Notes under the pieces: model-generated | Told to the model about the DNA's origin: nothing | Databases searched by the model: none | The model's input: the letters and a program-made list of their open reading frames with translations, nothing else | IMG/VR virus record: IMGVR_UViG_3300014073_000001 | Origin: an uncultured virus (IMG/VR IMGVR_UViG_3300014073_000001) | Lineage: Duplodnaviria > Heunggongvirae > Uroviricota > Caudoviricetes | Strand: one strand, 5' to 3' | Length of the DNA: 30,403 nt | Made by a program: the position numbers and the translations under genes | In this document: one piece after another, positions 9,838 to 17,820 of the stretch | Numbering within the stretch: position 1 is the first letter of the stretch | Layout: the number at the start of each line of letters is the position of its first letter

Positions 9838-11138
9838 TATTCATTCACCGCCTTATCTGCCATAAATATTCCATGATCGAAATCATCAAGATGGATTTCT
9901 TTTCTCCAGACTTGTTTGTTGGAGTAATCGTGAGCGGCGTCACGGTCAAATGACACATTGTTGTCTTTGAACGTTAACCCACCAGATTTGTCTACGATGT
10001 CAATGATTTCGATATTCGCATGACCGAGCGATTGCAGCATATTCCACGCTTTGCGATCAATATCCGACAAAGATTTCATGCCGTACTGAAGAGCCTCTTG
10101 GTAGGTAGGAATTCGGTCGTATTTTTCTATCCACTGCTTATTGTCAGCATCATAGATGTAATATTTACCGTCCGTCTTGATGAACAGGTTGTTGAGTTCT
10201 AAGAACCACAAGCGTGGGAATCTTTCGAACCCAAAGACCCATGTGCTTCCACCGGTAGAGATTTTTTTCAGCTCCAGATCGGGGAACTCTTCTTTGAGGA
10301 CCATCTTATCGGACGTTTTAGCAACATGACCAGTAGTCTGTTTACCGTTCCATATGGTGCTGTCATAAATAGAAGTTTCCAGAGTGGGGTTGACTACCGT
10401 CACATTGGTAGGCGGATAAGCAGACCAAAGATTTGGGGCATTGCCGCCAGAGTATTGATAGTTGCCACGGGCGATACAATCCTTAAATCGAGGGATATTC
10501 GCGCTAACCCCGTTTATGTTGCCGAACATCAGCCCTGCGTTAGATTGATCTGTCGGAACGATAAGTTGAACATCTATTAAGCAGTCTTCCATTAGACGCC
10601 AGTTATAGGCATTGTTGCCATAAACATAAAGTTGGCCGATCATTCCGCCGAAATACTGTTGCCCTGAAACTGTCCCGCTAACATGGATCTTTTCAAGAAC
10701 CAATGCTGAGCTGTCAGTAATATGGACATCGTTTTGTTTTCTGGCATATACATAGCCAGCCAAGATGCCAACGTAGTTTCTGCCTACAATCTTGGCGTTC
10801 TCAATACTGATATTACATATACGACCAGTGTAGTTTTGCCCAAGAGAGCCGTAGAAGTCAAGGCTTACTTTTGAGAATAGGCCTACGTAGTCGGTATCCG
10901 GCATCGTGATCTTAAGGTTGGAAATCTTTTTGCAGTTACCATCAAGGGCGCCTGCAAATGTGCCAGGAATAGGAATCCATCCAAGCTTGTCGAATGGAGA
11001 GACATCCAAGTTTATGTTATTGGCCAGCTTATAATATTTAGCGAGGTTAAAACGAATTGCGTATAAATCGTAAGCATCCTCGATCATATACGGATCATTT
11101 AATACGCCAGTGCCGCCGCCGAAAAATCCGTTTGCCAT
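9837..11138 (-). CDS. GLUG-motif beta-helix adhesin-like protein, 433 aa (tandem paralog)
   Basis: FGGGTGVLNDPYMIEDAYDL, VGILAG/FGGMIG, C-terminal WRKEIHL. AGGAGG RBS. Confidence 0.85.
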   Translation of the reverse strand: MANGFFGGGTGVLNDPYMIEDAYDLYAIRFNLAKYYKLANNINLDVSPFDKLGWIPIPGTFAGALDGNCKKISNLKITMPDTDYVGLFSKVSLDFYGSLGQNYTGRICNISIENAKIVGRNYVGILAGYVYARKQNDVHITDSSALVLEKIHVSGTVSGQQYFGGMIGQLYVYGNNAYNWRLMEDCLIDVQLIVPTDQSNAGLMFGNINGVSANIPRFKDCIARGNYQYSGGNAPNLWSAYPPTNVTVVNPTLETSIYDSTIWNGKQTTGHVAKTSDKMVLKEEFPDLELKKISTGGSTWVFGFERFPRLWFLELNNLFIKTDGKYYIYDADNKQWIEKYDRIPTYQEALQYGMKSLSDIDRKAWNMLQSLGHANIEIIDIVDKSGGLTFKDNNVSFDRDAAHDYSNKQVWRKEIHLDDFDHGIFMADKAVNE

Positions 11139-11155
11139 TATGCTCGCCTCCTTCG

Positions 11156-11836
11156 TTAGTTATCGACCACTTCAATCTTAGCAATAGCTTTGAAAGTTCG
11201 AAGATCCGACAAAGGCAACCTCTGTAGGATGCTATCGCCGCGGTCTGCACGATAAATTGCAGTACACTTAGAAGATGCATCGCCAAGTTTGTCCGGATCA
11301 CCGACCACAGTAATCTTTTTGATCTTGGCGCGGCCATCCATCTGGATCGCATTTTTTGGTACGACGATACCTTCTTCAAGGCCAGCCTCAGTGACCAGCT
11401 TAAGACCGTCAACGGGGTCTATAGTAAGCGGTCCGGACACAAGGTACTCTTCTTCGAACGCAAAGCGTCTTGCAATTTTGAGATTCTCTCTATCCTCCAT
11501 GATGACATCGTACTGGAACTCAATCTTACCAGTACTGTCGATCGGTGGATATTCGTCCTGGAATGTGAGGAATAAGGTATTCTTACCAAGCACCAATTCT
11601 TTTGCAAGTACGCTATACGTACGTACGGTATCTGCCAAAAAGTCGGTTTGATCAAGCAGCGTTCTGCGAACATTCGAGCCATTCTGAATATCGACCTGCA
11701 TCGACACCAGTTTGGTATCAGGAATGCCGAGAACAGCTTTTAATATGAGGTTGCGTCTGTCATCTTTCCATGGGTTTGTATTTGAAAATTGAATATCCAA
11801 AATGCTATGCCATGGTGTTGCAGGAATTACTGCCAT
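11156..11836 (-). CDS. 226-aa hypothetical protein, probably a headless Ig-like adaptor
   Basis: GGAGGTG RBS. ELVLGKNTLFLTF...MEDRENLKIARRF resembles the GxNT...KExxRxxxxRxF module of four right-hand genes. Ends FKAIAKIEVV. Confidence 0.75.
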   Translation of the reverse strand: MAVIPATPWHSILDIQFSNTNPWKDDRRNLILKAVLGIPDTKLVSMQVDIQNGSNVRRTLLDQTDFLADTVRTYSVLAKELVLGKNTLFLTFQDEYPPIDSTGKIEFQYDVIMEDRENLKIARRFAFEEEYLVSGPLTIDPVDGLKLVTEAGLEEGIVVPKNAIQMDGRAKIKKITVVGDPDKLGDASSKCTAIYRADRGDSILQRLPLSDLRTFKAIAKIEVVDN

Positions 11837-11848
11837 AGCTTACACCTC

Positions 11849-12502
11849 CTATTTTATAAGCCAGTTAAGTTGGCTTGTCTTGTCTTTGGCCAAGAAACCA
11901 TCGATGGATTCGATTTCTTCTCGGTTCCTGATAAAGATGATTCGGCCGTCAAGATCTCTATCAGTCATGATGTTAACAGAGATGTACGGAGCCTTGCTAA
12001 GTGGCAAAGACACAATTGGTTTAAAGGTGAAGTTAAAACCATCAATCGTGAACTGCGTCTTGTAACCGTAGTAGTAACCTACGATACGGGAATCCAGGCT
12101 GCCCGTTCTTGACGTTGAGGCTTTCTTACTTCCGACTCCGACCGGTACATCTGCTATAGCCTTTTTGAACGTGATGATATCACGAGTCATATTGCTGCCG
12201 TTACCTGTTAGACTATAACGCTTGCCATCTTTACTTTCGAAAGCTATATCAATACGCCGTCCGGTAATATTAAATGTGCCGCCAATGCATTCAAACCATA
12301 ATTTCCGGTTATTTCCAATAAGACCGAAACGGATTAATTTATCCTTATCGATATCCTGGAGGTTATTCTCCGTTCCCGTTGCTAAGTCGAATTCAGTAAG
12401 TCCGCCTGAAAAATACTCAGCCATCCATACGAACGGCTGAGTCGGGATTGGAGATACTGCACTAACTTCTGAGAATGTCAACATATTCATATCTCCCCTC
12501 AT
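11849..12502 (-). CDS. ~217-aa conserved hypothetical protein, paralog of 26438..27034 (true start may be 12490 or 12484)
   Basis: QPFVWMAEY...TEFD...EN...IDK...FGLIG matches QPFIWFADY...TEFE...EN...IDK...FGILG. DIITFK matches DVINFK, and YGYK matches FGYK. Confidence 0.8.
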   Translation of the reverse strand: MRGDMNMLTFSEVSAVSPIPTQPFVWMAEYFSGGLTEFDLATGTENNLQDIDKDKLIRFGLIGNNRKLWFECIGGTFNITGRRIDIAFESKDGKRYSLTGNGSNMTRDIITFKKAIADVPVGVGSKKASTSRTGSLDSRIVGYYYGYKTQFTIDGFNFTFKPIVSLPLSKAPYISVNIMTDRDLDGRIIFIRNREEIESIDGFLAKDKTSQLNWLIK

Positions 12503-12531
12503 CCTTGTACTGCTGAGATTTGTACTTCGGT

Positions 12532-12987
12532 TTAGGTATAGTAGTAAACCACACGGGTCTTGAACTGACGCAAGCCTGCAGGCACGTTCAGCGGTGGATG
12601 TGCATACAGCGTAGCACTGGCATAGTTCTCGATAGCGGCCAGGTCGCCAACATTCGAGGCACCTTTGATAATGCCAGGATCGCAGTTACGAGCTTGGATA
12701 GTGTACATTGCATCGCCACCAACTTGGCTGAACACAGTTTCGTCAGCCGAATTGCAGCGAACGTACACCCACTTATCCATTACAACGTCCAGGGTATCAC
12801 CTACGTTGTCAGTAGTAGTGATCTGAGTGTCCTGCATATCGGATAGGTCAGAAGCACCATTATGATTATTCCAGATCAGAATGGTCTTTTCGGTCGAAGG
12901 ATGGCCGGCATTTACCTTGCCCATTTGCCACTTAGTAACCTCAGTAATTCCATCAATTTCTGTCCATTTTACTACGGGTGCTGCCAT
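12532..12987 (-). CDS. 151-aa hypothetical beta-sandwich protein; candidate major filament subunit
   Basis: AGGAG RBS, no signal peptide. WQMGKVNAGHPSTEKTILIWNN resembles LDFGTLIAGQISVPKEVYVVN. Ends in an aromatic beta strand (FKTRVVYYYT). The CDS is solid; the function is inference. Confidence 0.75.
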   Translation of the reverse strand: MAAPVVKWTEIDGITEVTKWQMGKVNAGHPSTEKTILIWNNHNGASDLSDMQDTQITTTDNVGDTLDVVMDKWVYVRCNSADETVFSQVGGDAMYTIQARNCDPGIIKGASNVGDLAAIENYASATLYAHPPLNVPAGLRQFKTRVVYYYT

Positions 12988-13004
12988 TGGCGATCTCTCC
13001 TTTG

Positions 13005-13466
13005 CTATATAGCTATTGTTATTTGGATTGTAAGCTCACGGATTCGAAGGTCATCGATCGGTGTACCGATCGGTCCGGTTTTCAGGAAGCTAACCCTGAA
13101 TAGATCATTAGCATCGACTGCATTGGTTGAGTAGTTGTAAGCGTAATCTTGCTTTTTGAAGTTGGCAGGGATCTTGAGTTTTTGAGTACCGAAAATACTT
13201 TCCCAAGTTTCCAGGCCAGCTTCAAACTCAACCTCGGATATCTTTTCTATATCGATTACCGTGTCTTCCACGCCGGATACAGAACAGTACGCATCGACGT
13301 TCATGATGTACCCCTTAAAGGGGAATTTACACAGAGGGCCAAGTACACCGTTTTGGACTAGCGGAAATATAAAGGTCATGATCTTCTGTGTACGTTCATT
13401 AAGTCGAAATGCGGCTTGTATGCTATCTTGGTTGAGTTGGACAACATCCACTAAATGCTTTGTCAC
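13005..13466 (-). CDS. 153-aa hypothetical beta-rich protein
   Basis: GTG start after AGGTAGGTG, fills the gap between neighbours on the same strand, ends in the strand LTIQITIAI. Confidence 0.75.
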   Translation of the reverse strand: MTKHLVDVVQLNQDSIQAAFRLNERTQKIMTFIFPLVQNGVLGPLCKFPFKGYIMNVDAYCSVSGVEDTVIDIEKISEVEFEAGLETWESIFGTQKLKIPANFKKQDYAYNYSTNAVDANDLFRVSFLKTGPIGTPIDDLRIRELTIQITIAI

Positions 13467-13507
13467 TCATCTCACCTACCTCTTTGAATTCGCTAGTCCA
13501 CGGCAGT

Positions 13508-15022
13508 TTAAGCGGGATAGGGAATATGAGTCACGGGCGCCACGTCAGCTTTCACTTTATAGTGAGCTGCTACATCGAAGCTTTCCAGCAGATCGAATCC
13601 GCCAACTTCTGCTGTAAACGTCCATGTTAACTTCACTTTCGGAGTAGCTACACGGTCGACAGTGAAGTGTTTGCCTTCACGATAAGGAATGCAATTAATG
13701 GTTATAACAACCGGATCAACAGTTGGGATAGCTTCCAGCTCGATATCAACTTGCTCGTTTGCAACCATGATATCTTCATCCCTATCGGTAACTGCAGCCA
13801 TGTCGTCGATCCGGTGGTTAACATCTATGATAGCGTTCTGGCGATCGATATCAGCTCTAGCCGTCTCGTTATCCAGAGCGGTGATCTTGTCATCGAGTGT
13901 TTTTTCGGCATCTTTTGCACGATTTTTCTCTTCACTGATCTGACTCTCGAGATCAGACTTTAGGGCGTCGTCGGCATCTTTGTATGCCTGATCCATATTT
14001 GCGACAGCGGTTTCAAGATCGCTCACGCGTTTCTGGAGAGCTTCAGTCATACCAATGATTGCATTCTGAACTGCTTCAGTACCAATCAGCGAAATTACAT
14101 GTTCAATGAGTTCTTTGTCGCTGGCTAAGCCAAGTACTAACTCGTCGATAACTTCGCTGTAGGCTATTAGGTTGAATTCAGTATTGTCCAGCAGGTATTC
14201 TGCCGGCAGTTGGCCGAACTTAAAGTTTCCAATCGGGAATAGCTTAATACTTGCGGCGCCTACCAGCGGAACGAAAGTAAGCTCAGATACATCATGCTGG
14301 TAGTCAGCATAAATGTCTTCGGTCTGATCCGCTTTGAACAGAATCTTACCGGATACAGTATTGACATAGTAGTCTGCGGAATCAACCGGAATGACAGGAT
14401 CGCCTGATTCCTCTTTACGAAATACACTCACCGAGTCAGTCTTGATATTGATGTTGGCCAGGTTATAAGTCCGTTTATCAGTGCCAACCGAGGCTTGTTC
14501 TTTTGAAATATCCTTTGTGGTCACATTAACTTGGCGAACATGGGGCGTGTCACTTAGGGCACTGGTGCTAAAATTGTAGGTAACATTTTTGCCTTCAGCA
14601 TCTCGGACCGGTTTATTGTTCTCGTAGTAAACGATATAGTCAATCGACTGGTCAAGCGCTGTAACACCGGAGTAATCTGCCAAAGTCATCGTACCGGCAG
14701 TATCAATAGTGCCAGTAACTTTAACACGGTCTTTTACCTCACGGTTATTGATAGCATCAATATTGGCTTGCAGCTCTTGTTTGAGAGCTTGTAGGCGCTC
14801 AGCAACAGAACCTTCACTATTGCCCAGTTGAGTGTCCACGATGGTTTTCAAAAGCAGCAACAACTCTTCAACATTGTACTGTTCAGAAGAACCTTCGCCC
14901 TTGGAAATGCGGGTAGTTACTTGGTCAGCAGGATAAGACGCTCTGAGTAAGTCTATAGCCTCTTTTAGCGCCAGACCGCCATTGATTTGCGACAGGTGAA
15001 TAAGCTGTAGGTTATCTGCCAT
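13508..15022 (-). CDS. 504-aa structural protein with acidic coiled coils and two small beta domains (fibre/adaptor-like)
   Basis: Heptad-like stretches (AERLQALKQELQANIDAIN; ALQKRVSDLETAVANMD...). The DYYVNTVSGKILF...ADY motif is of a kind I associate with phage structural proteins. C-terminal W.F....GGFDL domain is shared with the 224-aa gene. Confidence 0.8.
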   Translation of the reverse strand: MADNLQLIHLSQINGGLALKEAIDLLRASYPADQVTTRISKGEGSSEQYNVEELLLLLKTIVDTQLGNSEGSVAERLQALKQELQANIDAINNREVKDRVKVTGTIDTAGTMTLADYSGVTALDQSIDYIVYYENNKPVRDAEGKNVTYNFSTSALSDTPHVRQVNVTTKDISKEQASVGTDKRTYNLANINIKTDSVSVFRKEESGDPVIPVDSADYYVNTVSGKILFKADQTEDIYADYQHDVSELTFVPLVGAASIKLFPIGNFKFGQLPAEYLLDNTEFNLIAYSEVIDELVLGLASDKELIEHVISLIGTEAVQNAIIGMTEALQKRVSDLETAVANMDQAYKDADDALKSDLESQISEEKNRAKDAEKTLDDKITALDNETARADIDRQNAIIDVNHRIDDMAAVTDRDEDIMVANEQVDIELEAIPTVDPVVITINCIPYREGKHFTVDRVATPKVKLTWTFTAEVGGFDLLESFDVAAHYKVKADVAPVTHIPYPA

Positions 15023-15070
15023 TAATCTCGCCTCTCTTATCTTTTAAATTAAACGGGTTTCCCATATGAA

Positions 15071-15093
15071 TATTACTGAGGAATAGAGGCTTA
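15071..15093 (-). promoter_or_regulatory. Promoter-like motif TAAG-N13-GTAATA upstream of the 504-aa gene
   Basis: Minus strand ATAAGCCTCTATTCCTCAGTAATATT, one of five intergenic copies. The TAA is also the upstream stop codon. Confidence 0.5.
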
Positions 15094-15765
15094 TTGTGTA
15101 TCCAAACTATTTTCTGCATACAAATAGTCATAAACAATTTTTACAGCGAACCCATCCCTCAAATCAAAACCACCGGTGACAGAACTAAATACCCAGTGAA
15201 CTAAACGAGTGTCCGGATCATAGTGGTGAGCATATTCAATTCCATTGACTGTGAGTTTAATCGTGTCTTGGACCGGTATAAAGGTTAGCAAGAACGCATG
15301 TGTCGGCATAGGCCCGGTTGTAAGGTATTCGTCTTTGAAATCGAAACAGCGCCTGTTGCTTTCGATTTCCTCGCTAAGCTGAAGAATTGCTTCTTTGATG
15401 CTAGGTGCTACTGCAGAAATGTCTTGGGGATTATCTAAATCACCGGCCATATCCTTGTAGATTTTAATCAGTGCTTTAATTACTGAAGTATCGATTTTCT
15501 CTAAGTCGGAGACTAACTTGGGATCGGTGACAAAGTCTCCCAACACTGACTGTTGCTGATTCAATGATGTGTTTACAGCAGTTTTGATAGTATTAATTGC
15601 TGATAGCAATTCATTAATCGCGCCGGTAATAAACTGCTTTACTGTGTTTAGTCCCTTATTCTTTGTGGCGAGTACGCTCTTGGGCAAGTACGGATTGTTT
15701 TGTATACTTTCACCAAGCGCATCTGCCTGCAATTCATAAAGCTCTGGAGGCTGTTTGAACGACAT
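15091..15765 (-). CDS. 224-aa fibre-associated protein
   Basis: LNTVKQFITGAINEL resembles the LxTxxKxxxGAINEL fibre repeat. Helical middle. C-terminal VNGIEY...WVF...GGFDL domain. Confidence 0.8.
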   Translation of the reverse strand: MSFKQPPELYELQADALGESIQNNPYLPKSVLATKNKGLNTVKQFITGAINELLSAINTIKTAVNTSLNQQQSVLGDFVTDPKLVSDLEKIDTSVIKALIKIYKDMAGDLDNPQDISAVAPSIKEAILQLSEEIESNRRCFDFKDEYLTTGPMPTHAFLLTFIPVQDTIKLTVNGIEYAHHYDPDTRLVHWVFSSVTGGFDLRDGFAVKIVYDYLYAENSLDTQ

Positions 15766-15805
15766 GCTCTCCCCCCTTTCTTTTTAGGAGAAGGCAAGAC
15801 CGCAA

Positions 15806-17638
15806 TTAAGCGGTCTTAACCAACTTATAAACTCGAGTTCCCAGGGAACCGCTACCAAAGCTAATTGTTCTGATGCTGCTGTCATAAGATACGAACTGGT
15901 CCGGAGTCGGAGATGTGAGCGAACCATTAGTCATATGCTGCAGATCGTTCGGAACGTATTTAGGATCAGAAGAATATTGGCGGGTAGGTTCGGTACCGAG
16001 GTAGTAAACCTTAACAGTACCTCCGTCACCGGTGTCAAGACTAGGACCATAGAATTCTTCATCCTTAATTTTGAGGCCGGGATGGATCTCATCAAGTGTT
16101 TTCGACCAGTTCATAGGATCAGTAATGGAAAATTCATATTCGTAGCCGGAGCCGGATTGGGACTGAACAGTTACCTGAACGCTAGGCTGCAGGCTCTTGC
16201 TGTTCGTTACGTCGGTCGGTAGAGTTAACACTCCATCGATAGTGTAAGTACCTGCAGTATTACCGTCATACGTTACATTGTTCCAGGTTACGCTCAGGGC
16301 AGCTGCGGTGCTGTCACTGAGATTTACAGTAACCTTGTTAGGCAGCAGTAAGTTTCCAAAGGTCGTTCCATTAGCTACACTCAATGGAGTGACAGCCACG
16401 AGAGAAAGAATATCTTTACTGGTGGTCACATTTTCAAGGGCTGCTACCCTGGCCAAAAGATCGGCAATATGCTGTTCCAGGGTAGGCACTTTGTCGACCT
16501 GGTTAGTTACTGCAGGATCGAGGTCATCAGCCGTAATCTTCTCGTCGATCGGTCGGTAGCTGGCCAGATCAGAAGCGTTGGCTTTCTGATCGAGTGCAGA
16601 TTCTACATTAGTCAAATCCGTCTGCATATTGGAGATGTGATTGCCAATACCTACTACATCAGTTTGCAAGTTGCCGACATTGGTTTGCAGGTTAGCAACA
16701 GCAGAAGCATCTGCTTTGCTGTTAACCACGGTTTGCAAGTCACTCACGTTAATTGTCAAACCCGCTACATTGGTTTGAAGTCCTGTGACCGTTGATTGAT
16801 CGGCTTTATTAGCAATGTTGTTCTGCATCGTTGTCATTTTATTTTGCAGCGCATTATCAAGCTGAGTCTCAGTAATTTTGTCGGTTTTCTTCAGGTACGT
16901 GGCTTCAGCATAAGACTTATCGGTCTTACTGTTTTCCACTGCGCTTACTCTTGACTTGATAGTGGTGTCGTCATATCCTGAAGCGGCCGCATTCAGCTTA
17001 GAGACAATAGCTGGATCGAGATCAGTCTCAACAATCTTGTTGGCTTTAGCCCGGTATTCACTCATAGCCGTTTTATCGACCTTGTTGCTGAGGGCAGTAT
17101 TAATAGCATCAAATTTAACAGCAATCGCAGGGTCGGTAGATTGACGGGCCAGTTGAATGTACTTCTCATTGGTCTCATCAAAGCGATACAAGAAGTCGGC
17201 ATCTTTAGCAATATAGATTGCTTTGGCCTGGCCCGCAGGCGGGAATTGAGCCGCAGCGGGATATTCGAAGATCTTGGTTTGAATGGTGCCACCAGAACCG
17301 TTACCTGTTCCTATCTGTTGATAGCCGTCTTTAGTCCAAAAGTAAATGGCAGCATCAGCTGCAGATACATAGAGCTTTTCTTTTACACCGATTTCAGGCA
17401 GGACGTCTATATCGGCCACGATCACGATGTCAGAGACTTTTTTAATCGAATTGCCTGCCCCGCCACCTACAAATAGTTCGCCAGAGTCAGTAGTCCAAAT
17501 CAATACGGATTTTTCCTCGGCGCCAGGCATATCTTTGCTATGTACGTATTTGACCCTACCTTGCACCGGCCCCGGACGTTTGATCTCCACTGCTTTATCA
17601 TTAAGTTTTTGCTTCTTAAAGCTAATCGTATTGGACAT
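15806..17638 (-). CDS. 610-aa fibre protein: two xPxxG..Y..Y.(W/F) knob motifs, coiled-coil shaft, Big_4-type Ig domain
   Basis: LPEIGVKEKLYV...IYFW and FPPAGQAKAIYI...LYRF; KVDK/KTDK/KAD repeats; three KIxxxxLDxA units; LPNKVTVNLSD...VTW...YDGNTAGTYTIDG (~16160-16412) is typical of bacterial Ig group 4. AAGGAGG RBS. Confidence 0.8.
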   Translation of the reverse strand: MSNTISFKKQKLNDKAVEIKRPGPVQGRVKYVHSKDMPGAEEKSVLIWTTDSGELFVGGGAGNSIKKVSDIVIVADIDVLPEIGVKEKLYVSAADAAIYFWTKDGYQQIGTGNGSGGTIQTKIFEYPAAAQFPPAGQAKAIYIAKDADFLYRFDETNEKYIQLARQSTDPAIAVKFDAINTALSNKVDKTAMSEYRAKANKIVETDLDPAIVSKLNAAASGYDDTTIKSRVSAVENSKTDKSYAEATYLKKTDKITETQLDNALQNKMTTMQNNIANKADQSTVTGLQTNVAGLTINVSDLQTVVNSKADASAVANLQTNVGNLQTDVVGIGNHISNMQTDLTNVESALDQKANASDLASYRPIDEKITADDLDPAVTNQVDKVPTLEQHIADLLARVAALENVTTSKDILSLVAVTPLSVANGTTFGNLLLPNKVTVNLSDSTAAALSVTWNNVTYDGNTAGTYTIDGVLTLPTDVTNSKSLQPSVQVTVQSQSGSGYEYEFSITDPMNWSKTLDEIHPGLKIKDEEFYGPSLDTGDGGTVKVYYLGTEPTRQYSSDPKYVPNDLQHMTNGSLTSPTPDQFVSYDSSIRTISFGSGSLGTRVYKLVKTA

Positions 17639-17670
17639 TATGCTACCTCCTTAACACTTATCGTCAAATT

Positions 17671-17694
17671 TATTACTAGCTAAAATGGTGCTTA
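17671..17694 (-). promoter_or_regulatory. Promoter-like motif TAAG-N14-GTAATA upstream of the 610-aa fibre gene
   Basis: Minus strand CATAAGCACCATTTTAGCTAGTAATAAA, lying between a hairpin and the RBS. Confidence 0.55.
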
Positions 17695-17767
17695 TGAGAT
17701 GAAAAGGTAAATTTTTTTAACAAGTGCTCTTTGAAGATACGATCCATACTTTAAAACGTAGTACGCT

Positions 17768-17809
17768 AAAAGAAATCGGCGCCATCTCTGATTGAATCAA
17801 GGAGGCGCC
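17768..17809 (-). terminator. Probable intrinsic terminator after the DNRLRE gene
   Basis: Imperfect hairpin GGCGCC..TGATT/AATCA..GGCGCC followed on the minus strand by GATTTCTTTT. Confidence 0.55.
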
Positions 17810-17820
17810 AAGAATTAGTT

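Noticed and set aside
4687..11123. 17-nt identical stretches around CCAGTGCCGCCGCC at the 5' ends of three GLUG genes as shufflon or recombination sites
   Set aside because: They encode the conserved FGGGTG peptide and are all in direct orientation. Every gene is complete with its own start, and no recombinase is in the window.
1827..11138. Calling the GLUG proteins M26/IgA1-type metalloproteases or filamentous haemagglutinins
   Set aside because: I see no HEXXH motif, signal peptide, LPXTG anchor or secretion domain. Only the beta-helix repeat region is similar.
15796..15817. Intrinsic terminator
   Set aside because: The 8-bp stem lacks a U tract and overlaps the stop codon.
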